Origin: an uncultured Nitrospinota bacterium
GTDB taxonomy: Bacteria; Tectomicrobia; Entotheonellia; J063; CAVPRW01
Assembly (NCBI GenBank): GCA_963707985.1
Contig: CAVPRW010000010.1
Span: 288,001 to 352,000 of the forward strand
Direction of reading: 5' to 3'
DNA: 64,000 bases
The notes under the pieces are model-generated. The model had not been told where the DNA came from. It searched no databases and worked only from the letters and a program-made list of their open reading frames with translations. This document shows positions 42,180 through 53,359 of this stretch, piece by piece. Within the stretch, counting starts at the first letter, position 1; each line of letters starts with the position of its first letter. A program made the position numbers and the translations under genes.

Positions 42180-42599
42180 CTAGGTGAGATCGCTTCCTGC
42201 CGTCGTAAGGGTCAGTTTACCGTGTTTCACCCCTTTGGTACCAATGAGCTTGTCCGCGATGCGGCGAATTTCACCACTTTTCCCTCGGACCACCAGCACC
42301 TCCAGACAGTTTTCCGCATCGAGGTGGACATGCAGAGAGGCGATGACCGCGCCATAATTCTGATGCTGAAACTCGGTCAAGACATCGGTAAGCTGGCGCA
42401 CATGGTGATTGTAAACAAAGGTCACCGTGCCTACCATCTCTCTCTCGTCGCGCTCAGCGGCAACGTCCACGAGCTCGTCACGGATGAGATCCCGAATCGC
42501 TTCCGAGCGATTGACATAACCTTTCTGAGCAATGAGTTGGTCAAACTGTTCAAGCAGACGAGTCTGGATGGAAACCCCAAAGCGTGTCAATTCAGCCAT
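42180..42599 (-). CDS. nikR: Nickel-responsive regulator NikR
   Basis: RFGVS ribbon, [38 protein letters not shown]. Confidence 0.95.
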   Translation of the reverse strand: MAELTRFGVSIQTRLLEQFDQLIAQKGYVNRSEAIRDLIRDELVDVAAERDEREMVGTVTFVYNHHVRQLTDVLTEFQHQNYGAVIASLHVHLDAENCLEVLVVRGKSGEIRRIADKLIGTKGVKHGKLTLTTAGSDLT

Positions 42600-42891
42600 G
42601 CCACCCCTCCTCGCTTATTCGGGGAAGCTAACACTCCCCTATGACCCAGTCAATGCTTTCTTTTGCAGCCGGGGTTATTGACTTGCAGTTGTCCGCACAT
42701 AGGGGAGAAATGCTATTAAGACGCGTCTAATGCTGCCTATGAATGGGTTAAAGCGAAGCTCAGCGGAGATGATGGGCCATAGAGGCAAGCGCACTACCGC
42801 CGACATCCAAACGCCACAGCATCGCGACATAAGCATGGCGAATAAGGACACCCTGGATGGATCGGCAGGGTCGCGTCTGCACCAACTCTTC

Positions 42892-43563
42892 TTAGGATAC
42901 CGGCGTGCCAAGAAACTGCCGTATTGGAGCGATCGCGAGTAAGCGGTCGCCGAGAATCTTGCAGACCAACCCACCGAGGACGGCACCACTGACGATGGCG
43001 ATGCACAGCATGACAATGATGATACCGGCCGAGTGCGGGAAAATCAGCAACGGCGGCGCCACGAGGTTGACGCCACGGTTGGCAGCGACGTCAACGGCGA
43101 GGCTGACCCCATGGTCGACCGCGAGGTTGACCGCAAAACTTGCTGTTCCCGCCACGGCCCCTGCCACCAACATCGTCATCAAACCCCAGTTTTGGAAGCG
43201 CGCCCAGGCGAAAACCATTTCTAGCGCCAACCCCTGGAGCCATCCCAACACCAACATCAGCGCTCCCATCGGGCTGCCCAGCGCACTTCCCAGGGCGTAT
43301 GCCACCAGAGCGGCGCCGAACTCGCCCAGCAGCGCCGCACCCGACTTACGAATGGCATACGCCAGGATAAGCCCAGCCCAGTACCAGACGCCATAGAACA
43401 ATCCACCCACCACATCCCCTAGGACGCGGCTCAGTAGCTGCACCGCCCAACCCCACAGGTAGAAGACGAACCCCAGTACAATGGCAGTTACGACCAACGC
43501 CAACACATCCCTTAACGTCCATCGCGTCGCCCACAACGGTTGGTCAGGTTGGTTCACGGACAT
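42892..43563 (-). CDS. ECF transporter S component (YkoE-like)
   Basis: WTLRDV, GVWY.AG, IRKSGAALLGE, QGLALE..FA, SGAVLGG; hydrophobic. Confidence 0.8.
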   Translation of the reverse strand: MSVNQPDQPLWATRWTLRDVLALVVTAIVLGFVFYLWGWAVQLLSRVLGDVVGGLFYGVWYWAGLILAYAIRKSGAALLGEFGAALVAYALGSALGSPMGALMLVLGWLQGLALEMVFAWARFQNWGLMTMLVAGAVAGTASFAVNLAVDHGVSLAVDVAANRGVNLVAPPLLIFPHSAGIIIVMLCIAIVSGAVLGGLVCKILGDRLLAIAPIRQFLGTPVS

Positions 43564-43565
43564 GG

Positions 43566-44909
43566 TTAGTTCCCGGCAATGGTCATGCGGGCGATCTTCA
43601 GCGTCGGCGCTGCCGTACGGCCGCGGAACACCAGATCGTCGCCAACCATCTCGATGTGGTCCAACATCTCATTGAGGTTGCCAGCAATAGTGATTTCTTC
43701 CACCGGATACGCCAACTCGCCATTTTCGATCCAAAGCCCCACGGCCCCCCGCGAATAATCGCCGGTCACCAGGTTCACGCCAAAGCCAATAAGCTCAGTG
43801 AGATAGAGACCGGATTTGACCGAGGCGATGATTTCTGCCGCTGTAGAGGTCCCTGGCACAAGATAGAAATTGCCGGCGCCGACGCTGATGCCGCTGGCAT
43901 CGCGTGCGGCATTGCCGGTTGAGGTCATGCCCAAGCGTCGGGCACAGTAGGTATCGAGGAGATAACTCTGCAACACACCATGCTGGATGACAACCGTCCG
44001 CCGGGTCGGCAAACCTTCGCCATCGAATGGGCGTGAGCCCATCGCCCCGGGAATCGTGCCATCGTCGATGACCGTAACGGTGTCGGCCGCGACTTGCTGA
44101 CCTAAACGGTTGAGCAGGAAGGAGCTGCCGCGATAAATCGACGTCCCTGACACCGCCCCGGCCAGTGTGCGCAGCAGGCTGGCGGCCATCTCGGGATCAA
44201 AGACCACGGGAGCCTCCTGGGTGTGGACTTTACGCGCGCCCAACCGGCGCAGGGCGCGCTTGGCGGCAGTCTTGCCGATGATATCCGGGGCTTCCAGTTG
44301 CTTGAACCGGCGGCTCACGGCATACCATGAGTCACGTTGCATCGTGCCCCCCGCATCAGCAATGGGTGACACCGCCAGCGAAAACGACGAGGTGTGGTAT
44401 TCTCCCACGAAGCCATGCGTGTTGGCATAGACGATCTGACTAAAGTGGGTGTCGAGCCCCGCCCCCTCGGAATTCGTGATGCGCGGATCATAGTCTAGGG
44501 CAGCGGCCTCTGCCTGCGTGACCAGGGCGATTTTCTCGTCGACATCGAGATTTTGGGCCTCAGGATCGAAGAGCCCCAGGTCTGGCACCGAGGCCACGAT
44601 CGACTCGGGGTTTGGCAGGCCGAGAAATTCATCTGCGGCGGTGGCGCGGGCCAGTGTACAGGTTTCGTCGACGAGATGATCCAGGGCTCGCATGGAAAAA
44701 TCTGAGGTCGAGGTGGCAGCCGAACTTTTACCAAACAGGACTCTCAGGTGCAAACGGCGTTCCTGGGCACTTTTGAGCGACTCGATGTCACGCAGCCGTA
44801 CCTGTGTCGTGGATGAATCCGTTTCGATGACGAGCAGATCCGCTTCCGTGGCTCCTTGGCGGCGGACTTTGGCCAGCAGATCGCGGGCTAGCTCACGTTC
44901 CATGCCCAT
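43566..44909 (-). CDS. pmbA: PmbA/TldE protein
   Basis: DPRITNSEGA, RPFDGEG, STGNA, GVNLVTGDYSRG, PVEEITIAGNL. Confidence 0.95.
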   Translation of the reverse strand: MGMERELARDLLAKVRRQGATEADLLVIETDSSTTQVRLRDIESLKSAQERRLHLRVLFGKSSAATSTSDFSMRALDHLVDETCTLARATAADEFLGLPNPESIVASVPDLGLFDPEAQNLDVDEKIALVTQAEAAALDYDPRITNSEGAGLDTHFSQIVYANTHGFVGEYHTSSFSLAVSPIADAGGTMQRDSWYAVSRRFKQLEAPDIIGKTAAKRALRRLGARKVHTQEAPVVFDPEMAASLLRTLAGAVSGTSIYRGSSFLLNRLGQQVAADTVTVIDDGTIPGAMGSRPFDGEGLPTRRTVVIQHGVLQSYLLDTYCARRLGMTSTGNAARDASGISVGAGNFYLVPGTSTAAEIIASVKSGLYLTELIGFGVNLVTGDYSRGAVGLWIENGELAYPVEEITIAGNLNEMLDHIEMVGDDLVFRGRTAAPTLKIARMTIAGN

Positions 44910-44919
44910 AGTGTCCCCC

Positions 44920-46368
44920 TCAGCGCTGCGTGCCACCGACGGTCATGCCGTCGACACGGATTGTCGGCAGCCCCACCCCGACTGGCACCGACTGCCCGTC
45001 TTTGCCGCACGTACCTACCCCCTCATCCAGCTGCAGATCGTTTCCCACCATCGAGACGCGGGTCAGCACGTCGGGGCCATTACCGATCAGCGTCGCTCCC
45101 TTCACCGGACACGTCACCTTGCCGTCCTCGATCATGTATGCCTCGCTGGCCGAGAACACGAACTTGCCGTTGGTGATATCCACCTGGCCACCGCCGAAGT
45201 TGACAGCGTAGAGACCGTGTTTGACCGAACGAATGATCTCTTCCGGATCGAATTCGCCGGGGAGCATAAACGTGTTGGTCATGCGCGGCATCGGAATGTG
45301 TGCGTAACTCTCACGCCGGCCGTTCCCCGTGAGCGGCATACCCATCAGACGAGCATTCAAACGATCTTGCAGATAGCCGCGCAGAATGCCGTTTTCAATC
45401 AGCACTGTGCGGCCGGTCGGGGTGCCTTCGTCGTCGACGTTAAGCGATCCCCGGCGACCCGGCATAGTCCCATCATCGACAACCGTGACCGACGAGGCCG
45501 CCACTTGCTCGCCGATTCGGCCGCTGAAGGCCGAGACCTTCTTGCGATTGAAATCTCCCTCCAGGCCATGGCCGATGGCTTCATGCAGCAGTATGCCCGG
45601 CCAACCTGGCCCGAGGACGACATCGAGGTAACCGGCCGGGGCATTCACGGCATCGAGATTCACAATCGCTTGCCGTGCGGCCTCACGTGCGAAGTGTTCA
45701 TAGCGATGGCCCTCCAGTAAGGTAGAGAATTCATAGCGGCCACCGCCGCCGTGAGTCCCCGTCTGGCGATTGCTTCCATCCTCGGCGATGCAACTGACCG
45801 ACAGGCGCACAAGCGGCAAGATATCGCCCACGACCAGACCTTCAGCCGTGGCAATCAAGATGATCTTCTGCGTACTGCCCAATGAGGCAAACACCTTGCT
45901 GATGCGCGGATCGTAGGCGCGGGCGATGCGGTCGATCCGCAGCAAGAGGTCAATTTTAGCTTCGGCTGGCACATCGGTTGGGAAGGTCTGCACCGGATAC
46001 AGATCGTGGGGGGATGGCGCTGGTTGGCCGACGGCGACTGCGCCGCTCTTGGTGGTTTCGGAGGCAATAGCGTGGGCGGTACGGGCCGCCAGTGCCAGGT
46101 TTTCGATGGTAATGTCATCGGAATAGCCGTACCCTGTGCGACTCTCTGCCATGGCGCGCACACCCGCCCCCTGCGAAATGCTCTTCGAGGCTTTTTTGAC
46201 AACCCCATCTTCGAGGCTAATCGACTCACCGACGAGATACTCGAAATAGATATCCCCATCGTCCGCGGCTTTTCCCAGCACACCACCGAGGATCCGGCCC
46301 AGACTGTCTTTGGCGATGCCGAACTTTTCAGCGAAAAACCGCTGTGGAGTCAAACTGGTGTCGGTCAT
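44920..46368 (-). CDS. tldD: Metalloprotease TldD
   Basis: GILLHEAIGHGLEGDFNRK, DDEG, TGNGRRESY, PRMTNT, CGKDGQSVPV. Confidence 0.97.
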   Translation of the reverse strand: MTDTSLTPQRFFAEKFGIAKDSLGRILGGVLGKAADDGDIYFEYLVGESISLEDGVVKKASKSISQGAGVRAMAESRTGYGYSDDITIENLALAARTAHAIASETTKSGAVAVGQPAPSPHDLYPVQTFPTDVPAEAKIDLLLRIDRIARAYDPRISKVFASLGSTQKIILIATAEGLVVGDILPLVRLSVSCIAEDGSNRQTGTHGGGGRYEFSTLLEGHRYEHFAREAARQAIVNLDAVNAPAGYLDVVLGPGWPGILLHEAIGHGLEGDFNRKKVSAFSGRIGEQVAASSVTVVDDGTMPGRRGSLNVDDEGTPTGRTVLIENGILRGYLQDRLNARLMGMPLTGNGRRESYAHIPMPRMTNTFMLPGEFDPEEIIRSVKHGLYAVNFGGGQVDITNGKFVFSASEAYMIEDGKVTCPVKGATLIGNGPDVLTRVSMVGNDLQLDEGVGTCGKDGQSVPVGVGLPTIRVDGMTVGGTQR

Positions 46369-46768
46369 GATCAGTATCCCCTTCAAGGCTTGAACCGGCG
46401 ACTGCCCTACGCTGCCGGACAATGCCGCACGCGCCTGCATAGCTACCGGCGGTGGAACGCATCTTGATATATATGTCGATCACACCTGGACCAACGGCCC
46501 TGTCATGGCCACGGTGTGCTTTGGTTGTAGGTTCTTACGCTGCGACAGCATACGGGAATGCCGCTTGTCTGCGTCGCTAGCGTTGCCTTTGCATATTCCT
46601 AGGATACGCTCCTTCATGGATTGGGTCAACCATGGGCTCTCTAGACTGCAGCTCCGCTTGTTCTGGAACGAACGGGTATGCTACAGTGGGAGACGCTGCA
46701 GCTCATCAAACCTGCATCTTGGATGACCGTGCCCCTCTTACACCTCTGCTGCCAGGAGGAACGCTGCC

Positions 46769-47080
46769 ATGATGTATTATCTGGTTGAATTCGACCCCAA
46801 GCCTGGCGTGACCCAGCGCGAGGTGGCCGATGGCTATCGGCGCTTTGTCGAGCATTACACGAAGATTTTTCCCCAGATGAAGTTGGCAGGCCTGTTCGCC
46901 CGGGACATGCTGCTGGGGACTCGCCCGCACTACTTTGCGCTGTGGGAGATTCCCGATTATGCCACCCTCGATGCCTGGAAAAAAGCTTACGCCGGCGATC
47001 CTGATGGAGCCGGTTTGACACGCGAGATCAACGACATGGGCGTGGAATGGAACGCCAAGATCGTCAGGAGGCTTTTGTAA
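46769..47080 (+). CDS. Hypothetical 103-aa protein, possible dimeric alpha/beta barrel
   Basis: AGGAGG RBS; YFALWEIPDYATLDAW resembles EthD/NIPSNAP-like patterns. Confidence 0.7.
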   Translation: MMYYLVEFDPKPGVTQREVADGYRRFVEHYTKIFPQMKLAGLFARDMLLGTRPHYFALWEIPDYATLDAWKKAYAGDPDGAGLTREINDMGVEWNAKIVRRLL

Positions 47081-47328
47081 GCTGGCGGCCTCATACAACC
47101 CGCTGATGCACCATCTCCATGCGCCATTGATGCGGCAATAGCGGTGGTGACTGTGGCTTTTGAAGAATTACACGGGATCCCAGCGACAAGGCTCGAGGAG
47201 GCTAAGACGCTGCGCCAGGAATACGAGTCTCAGTTTTACAGGACATCTGCGCTGGGGGACTATTTGCGACTGCCGGCCCGCAAGTTGCCATATGCGGGCC
47301 GGTCGACTGTGGGAGTCGGCTGCGAAGA

Positions 47329-47751
47329 CTACTTCGCGCAGAACTGGTCAAAGGCCTCAGTGAGGGACTTAGCGATCTCAGTAGCGTCCCGATTTTCAAT
47401 CTGGTGCCGTTGCAACATGAACACGGGCTTGCCATCTTTGAACAGCGCTACCGATGGGGAGGAGGGGGGATAGTCATGTAGGTATTCACGTACGCGCGCG
47501 GTGGCCTCAAGATCACCGCCGGCAAACACCGTGGCAACGGTGTCGGGCACCACGCCATGTCGCAACGCCAGCGCAACCCCCGGGCGTGCACGGCCGGCCG
47601 CACACCCACACATCGAATTGATCACCATCATCACGGTGCCGCCATGTGCCCCAAGCATCGCGTCAACGTCCTCAGGGGTGCGGGTTTCCTGTACGCCAAG
47701 GCTCGTCAATTCCTGCCGCATCGGTCCGATAAATTCTTCTGGATATTGCAC
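47329..47751 (-). CDS. BrxA/BrxB family bacilliredoxin
   Basis: PMRQEL, INSMCGCAAG.ARPG, TVFAG.D, PPSSPS.ALFKDG. Confidence 0.92.
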   Translation of the reverse strand: MQYPEEFIGPMRQELTSLGVQETRTPEDVDAMLGAHGGTVMMVINSMCGCAAGRARPGVALALRHGVVPDTVATVFAGGDLEATARVREYLHDYPPSSPSVALFKDGKPVFMLQRHQIENRDATEIAKSLTEAFDQFCAK

Positions 47752-48134
47752 CGTTTATGTCTCCTTTATTAAGTATTAAGGTGTCGCCGTGTCGCATCGT
47801 GAGCAACCATCCCCTGTATTCTACCAGACTCCCGAGGGATGACCAATGGAATTATGCCCGTTTCTTGCAAAGCCCCATCGGGGCAGGTCGGAGCCTGATC
47901 GACCTGTGCAACCCCCCACCGTCAAGCAAGTGTACCGGGAAGGCTCCCTGAATCCGCACCAACGCCACCGGAATTTTCCTTGACTTGTGGTGGGATCTAG
48001 CGTAACTGACACGCGAGTTTCGCCCACTTGACAACGTTCATCGAAGGTCCCCCATTGCACTACCGGCTCGCAACGCTCCCTACCCGGTCGTCAGCGTTGC
48101 AACCGGCTGCGGGTCCATTCATGAAGGAGAACCG

Positions 48135-49695
48135 ATGCGCAGGATCGGGAGTGTTGCACCATGGTTACTGTTGAGCGTCGCCACCTGGTTGTGTGTCCTG
48201 CTAGGAAGTGCTGTCCTGACAGCCCCTGCCACCCTCTACAAGCCGGAGGGGGAGATGCGCTGGGCGTTGTACGTGACCATCTCCCCCGCCTGGTTCGATC
48301 CCGCGCAGGTGGCGGTGGCGGGCGGGACGCCGTTCTGGTTCTGCTATGCTCTGCATGATGCCCTCGTCAAGCCCATGCCTGATAACCCCATGGCCCCAAG
48401 CCTGGCGGAGTCCTGGACGGTGAGCGACGACCGGCGAGTCTACGAATTTAAGCTGCGGGAGGGCCTCACGTTCCACAATGGCGATCCCTTCACCGCCGCG
48501 GATGTCCAGTTCACCTTCCAACGCTACAAATCGACCATCCTGCAGGAAAAAGTTCGGGAGGTGGAGGTTGTCGATCCCTACCGAGTGCGCTTTCATTTGC
48601 ACCAGCCATGGCCCGATTTCATGACCTATTACGGCACCCTGGCCACAGGGGCGGGGTGGATCGTGCCCAAAAAGTACCTCGAGCAGGTGGGCGATGACGG
48701 CTTTAGACGCCATCCCATCGGGCTCGGCCCCTACAAGTTTGTCAGCCATACGCCCGGCGTCGAACTGGTTATGGAGGCATTCGAAGGCTACTGGCGCAAA
48801 GTTCCTCACGTCAAGCGTCTGGTCTTCAAAAGTGTCACGGAGAACACGACGCGGCTGGCCATGCTCAAGAAGGGAGAGGTCGATCTCGCCTACGACCTGG
48901 ATGTCCCGGCGGCTGAGGAGGTGAAACGGGACCCCAAGCTGCGGTTGGCCTTTTCCGGGGGGATTGGGTCGTTCTATCTGGATTTCCTCGAACAGTGGGA
49001 CCCCAAGTCTCCCTGGCATGACCCGCGCGTGCGGCTGGCCGCCAATTACGCCCTCGACCGCGAGGCGCTCAATGAGGCCGAGCGCCTTGGCGCCTCGCCG
49101 CCTGCGGGGAGCATCATTCCGCGCACCTTCGCAGTTCGCGCTGCCGATCGAACCGTATCCCTATGATCCAGCCAAGGCGAAACGTCTGCTGGCCGAGGCG
49201 GGGTATCCCAACGGTTTTGACGCCGGAGATGTGACCCCCAATCCCCCCTATTTCTCGCTGGGAGAGGCAGTCGGCAATTATCTGGGGGCAATCGGGATCA
49301 AGCTGAAACTGCGCACGATGGAACGGGCGGCGTTTCAGTCGGCGCGCGCCGCGAAGCAGTTGCGTGGCCTCTGCATCTGCGTCAGTGCACGATACGGCAA
49401 CGCCGCCACGCGCATTGAGGAATCGGTGGTCAGCACCGGGACATTTGCCTACGGAGGCTATCCCGACATCGATGCGCTGTTCAAACAGCAGGGCAATGAG
49501 ACCGACCGAGCAACACGGGAGGCCATGCTGCACCAGATCCAGCAGCTCATGCACGAGCGCGTGATGTTCGGACCGATCTGGCTCTATTTCTGGCCAAGTG
49601 GCATCGGACCGCGTGTGGAAGAGCCGGCACTGATGTTGATCAACCCCTTCCCCTGGTCTGCACCCCTTGAGGACGTGCGCCTGAAGACGAGTTGA
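48135..49695 (+). CDS. ABC transporter substrate-binding protein (family 5), frameshift near 49130
   Basis: PSLAESW, FKLREG.TFHNGDPFTA.DV, PIGLGPYK, YDPAKAKRLLAEAGYPNGF across two frames. Confidence 0.88.
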
Positions 49696-50025
49696 GCAAC
49701 GACATTGCATTGCGCATCCGAGATGATTCTTGTCCAGTCCTGGGGCGGCCAACGGGTCACCGGGAGGCAGAGCTGAGACATGGACGATGGAGCAAGGCAT
49801 AGGCGACCATCATTGAGCGTCTCATCAACTCGACTCTGCTACATGAAGCGGGCCCATGGTCACCGCTTGGGGTGTCCATGGGCCACCCTCGAGTGGGTCA
49901 TTGTGAGTTGACAGGGGGGGACAGGCTGTACGCTGAGCACAAACGGCGGGCGGGTGCCTGCCAGACTCTGGCAACCACTCGCCCATACGCCAGCAGCAGC
50001 GAGCCACGGTACAGGTGTGCGCCTC

Positions 50026-50461
50026 CTACCTAGAGAGCTGCCCGCGCACAGCACCTTTTGGAAAGGCGGCATTGTGGACGTTGACGTAAAAGCCGGCAGG
50101 GTTCTCTAGAATAGCCATAATCACAGAGGCATCAGCCTTTTTACAGCCCTTCGCGGAACCCGTCTTGGGCGCATCCAGAGCCACTTTGACGGGACCCTCT
50201 TTGCCCAGCGCCCCTTCATGGATATGGGCCGCCGTAGCCTCTTGGCATATTCGCCACGTTGAGCTCATAACACACTTCGCCATTGCCGGGATTGAGGGTC
50301 ACCTGCACAGTGCCACTGCCCTTGGGATCCCCCGGACCTGGAACCTCAGCGTCCCCTGTCAGCTTGGCCGTAGCTTTCCCCATCTCTTGGGCTGCCGCCA
50401 GATGTATGCCGGTCAGCAGCACCAGCGCGATGATGCCTATGGACAACGCGAGTGTTCGCAT
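50026..50461 (-). CDS. CHRD domain protein with signal peptide, frameshift near 50245
   Basis: LTGDAEVPGPGD..GSG, TAAHIHEG, FYVNVHN..FP.GAVRGQL. Confidence 0.85.
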
Positions 50462-51119
50462 TGCAACCCCCTCCTTTGTCGTCATGTACTGAGACTCCTC
50501 GGTGTCGCTGCGCCTGCTCAAACCGCTCTGCGAGACGCACTGTATCATATCTGGCAAGATCCGTGGAATTTCTCTGCTCCAGGCCACTGTATTCGTTGGT
50601 ACTTCTCTCCTCAGGGTGCATCAGGTACAGGGACACCCGCACGGTGGAAGTGGCACCCGCCCTTCACCTGCGCCACGCCTGCAACTTGTGGAGCGTGGAA
50701 CCCTGCGTCATGTGCATGAATGTGTGTTCGGCGTGCTGGCCCTGGCGAGTGTCAAACTCGGTCGATTGATGCTTGCAAGGACAGGGGGCAATGGGCGTTG
50801 AAGACAATTTGGTCATAGCAGACGACTTGGGAGGAGCCGTAGCCGCATCTACGACGCCCTCTAAACGAGATATCCGGGGTCATCAAGGGCTAATCTGAGG
50901 GATTCTGGGCACAGAAGTGGGAACAGGCTGGTGTTTGGGAGTCAGGACGCCAACCAAATGGCAGAGCGGACGAGCTGCTTTCATACGATCACCGGCATGG
51001 GCTGACGTTCCATGTGTCGGCATTGGGCTCTCAGCTTCTTCATGCCGCGACTGACCTAATCGCAGGTGAAGAGCCGCCACGGACAGCAGCGGCCCGCAAA
51101 GACGGTCATGCCAGCGGCA

Positions 51120-52322
51120 CTAGGACCGCCACAGCCGCTCGGAGGCAAGGCTTGTCCCCTCAACCAGCGCGGCGAACTTGGCCCACATGACAGTTGGATG
51201 TTGGCGCTGGTACATCGCCCCCTGGGCAAACCCACAATCGGCTCCGGCGATGACCCGCTCGCGACCCGTTACCCGAGCGAAATTCATGAGCCGCTCAGCC
51301 ACCGTTTCGGGATGCTCGACCACGGCAGTGGTATGTGCGATGACGCCGGGGATGAGCACTTTGCCCTCGGGCAACCTGACATCTTCCCAGACGCGCCACT
51401 CATAGGCATGGCGGGGCGTCGCCGCCTCTATCGAGTAGGCCTGGGCCTTGACCCGCAAGACGAGATCGACGATATCGCGCAGCCCCAGGTCGTGCACATG
51501 CGGTCCCTGCCAGCTGCCCCAACACAGATGATAGCGCACACGCTCCTCGGGAATGCCGGCCAGGGCATGATTGAGCGCGTCGATATTCCTGGCCTGCATG
51601 CGCCGGTATTCCTCCAGTGGGGGAGCCGGTATCATCATGTCCCAGGTTTCGCCTAACCCTGGATCGTCGATCTGCAGGATGAACCCGGCATCGACGATGG
51701 CCCGGTATTCGGTCTTCAGCGCCTCGGCAATGGCAAATACATACTCTTCGTCCGTGGCGTAGTATTGGTTTTGACCGCGGCCGACCATGGCCGGTGCGAT
51801 GGCGGGCACAAAGGCCTCTCCGACGTTGATGCCCTGCAGGGCGGCCTTGAAGGTAGCGAGATCGCGCTGCAGTATGGCCTGACCCTGATATGTGATAGGT
51901 CCCTGACAGACCGAGGGCGGTGCCGCGGGAGGCATGGCCCTCGGCAAGTACTCCTCATAATACTCAGGGAACGCCCGCCACTCCCGCCGGCTGGTAATCC
52001 GACGCGCCCACGAGCTCCCCACATTACTGGAGGAGATGTTCGGGGCGTTCGCCGCCATCGGGACGAACCCCGTCAGCCGTTCTTCGGCATAGGCCAGAAA
52101 GCTGGTCTTGCCCATTTCACCGTCAGAGATGACATCGAGGCCGACCTCGGCTTGCTGACAGACTACCGCTCTCACGGCCTCGGCAACACATGCCGCGAGC
52201 TGAGCCGCGTCGATGGACTGGCCGCCCAAACGGGCGCGGAGGAGGGTTTTAATGCTCTCCGGACGGGGCAGGCTGCCAACGTGCGTGGTCAGGATACGCT
52301 CAGTGCTGGTCTTCATTCGCAT
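51120..52322 (-). CDS. Cobalamin-independent methionine synthase II family protein
   Basis: TTHVGSLPRP, DGEMGK, LQIDDP, HLCWG, VEHPE, GADCGF. Confidence 0.92.
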   Translation of the reverse strand: MRMKTSTERILTTHVGSLPRPESIKTLLRARLGGQSIDAAQLAACVAEAVRAVVCQQAEVGLDVISDGEMGKTSFLAYAEERLTGFVPMAANAPNISSSNVGSSWARRITSRREWRAFPEYYEEYLPRAMPPAAPPSVCQGPITYQGQAILQRDLATFKAALQGINVGEAFVPAIAPAMVGRGQNQYYATDEEYVFAIAEALKTEYRAIVDAGFILQIDDPGLGETWDMMIPAPPLEEYRRMQARNIDALNHALAGIPEERVRYHLCWGSWQGPHVHDLGLRDIVDLVLRVKAQAYSIEAATPRHAYEWRVWEDVRLPEGKVLIPGVIAHTTAVVEHPETVAERLMNFARVTGRERVIAGADCGFAQGAMYQRQHPTVMWAKFAALVEGTSLASERLWRS

Positions 52323-52372
52323 GCCCTCCTCCTGCGTATGGTGGAGCTTGCATCAGATCGTCATGTCTTCCC

Positions 52373-53161
52373 TCAGCGGACGGGCTCTTTCATAGCGCTT
52401 TCCAGCGCTTCCCAGCCTCTGGTGATACCTGGCACAAATGCCAAACAGCCTTCGGCGTCCAGCACCTCTTTGCCTAACGGGTCCTGGTATTGCATGGAGA
52501 TGAAGGCGTCGGTGATTTTCTGGGCCAGGCCCGCCTCTAATTCCTGATGCGCGGTAAAACAGCAGTGGCTGTATCCTGGGCTCGACCAGAAGATGCGGAG
52601 GGTCTCCTGAATCGGCTGCCCTTGCTCACTCAGCACTTCAAGCGTGCGTCGACTCACGGCGCCCGCGTCGTAGGCACCTTTCAACACGAGATCGACGACC
52701 GCCCGCTCATCGGAAAGCGCACTCGGCTCGCGATCCTCGGTAAAGGCACAGGCGGCCAAATCCCGCTGGGGATCGAAGCCTTGTTGTTTCAGGAAATAAT
52801 ACGGCAGCAGTCCGGCCTGCGCCGAGCCTCGACTGCCGAGCGCCAGGCGCTTGCCCTTCAGGTCTGCCAACGTGGTGATGCCCGAGTCGCGGCGGGTGAA
52901 GAATTGACTGCTGAAGTCGACGTCGACATCACGCATGGCGACGACACGGCAGGGATCATTGAGACGTTGTTTGATCTTGACGTATGAAATGGGCCCATTC
53001 CAGGCCAGGTCGATTTCTCGGGTGGCAAACGCCTCGACCAGTGCGTCGTAGTTGGAATATAATACCCAGTCGAGGTCAATGCCCTGCTGCTGGAAATGCG
53101 TCTTCAGGCCTTTGAACACCGTGATATGTCCGGGTGATGCCACCCCTCCCATTCTCAGCAT
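52373..53161 (-). CDS. PhnD/SsuA-like substrate-binding protein
   Basis: YDALVEA, DLAWNGP, LADLKGK.LALGS..S, YSHCCFTA. Confidence 0.8.
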   Translation of the reverse strand: MLRMGGVASPGHITVFKGLKTHFQQQGIDLDWVLYSNYDALVEAFATREIDLAWNGPISYVKIKQRLNDPCRVVAMRDVDVDFSSQFFTRRDSGITTLADLKGKRLALGSRGSAQAGLLPYYFLKQQGFDPQRDLAACAFTEDREPSALSDERAVVDLVLKGAYDAGAVSRRTLEVLSEQGQPIQETLRIFWSSPGYSHCCFTAHQELEAGLAQKITDAFISMQYQDPLGKEVLDAEGCLAFVPGITRGWEALESAMKEPVR

Positions 53162-53280
53162 GATAGATCCTCCCTATGCCTCGTCCTCGCGTGGCGTGGA
53201 AATAAGCACGCGCCTGTAACAGTTTGCAGATCGGCGTATGGCAGTCTTGGAACCGCAAGCGCTCTCCGTGGCTCTGTATG

Positions 53281-53313
53281 GCCCTCACCCTGCCCTCTCC
53301 CGGAGGGAGAGGA
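53281..53313. repeat. REP-like palindrome (CCCTCACCC...CTCTCCC family)
   Basis: GCCCTCACCCTGCCCTCTCCCGGAGGGAGAGGA; related copies near 42065 and 7333. Confidence 0.55.
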
Positions 53314-53359
53314 GGAAGAGAATCAATGGGCCGCGGCGTCTGGTCGGCTCGCCTGCGGG

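Noticed and set aside
50640..50770. Nucleoside deaminase fragment (VEPCVMC)
   Set aside because: Only a PCxxC-like motif is present, with no HAE motif or credible ORF.
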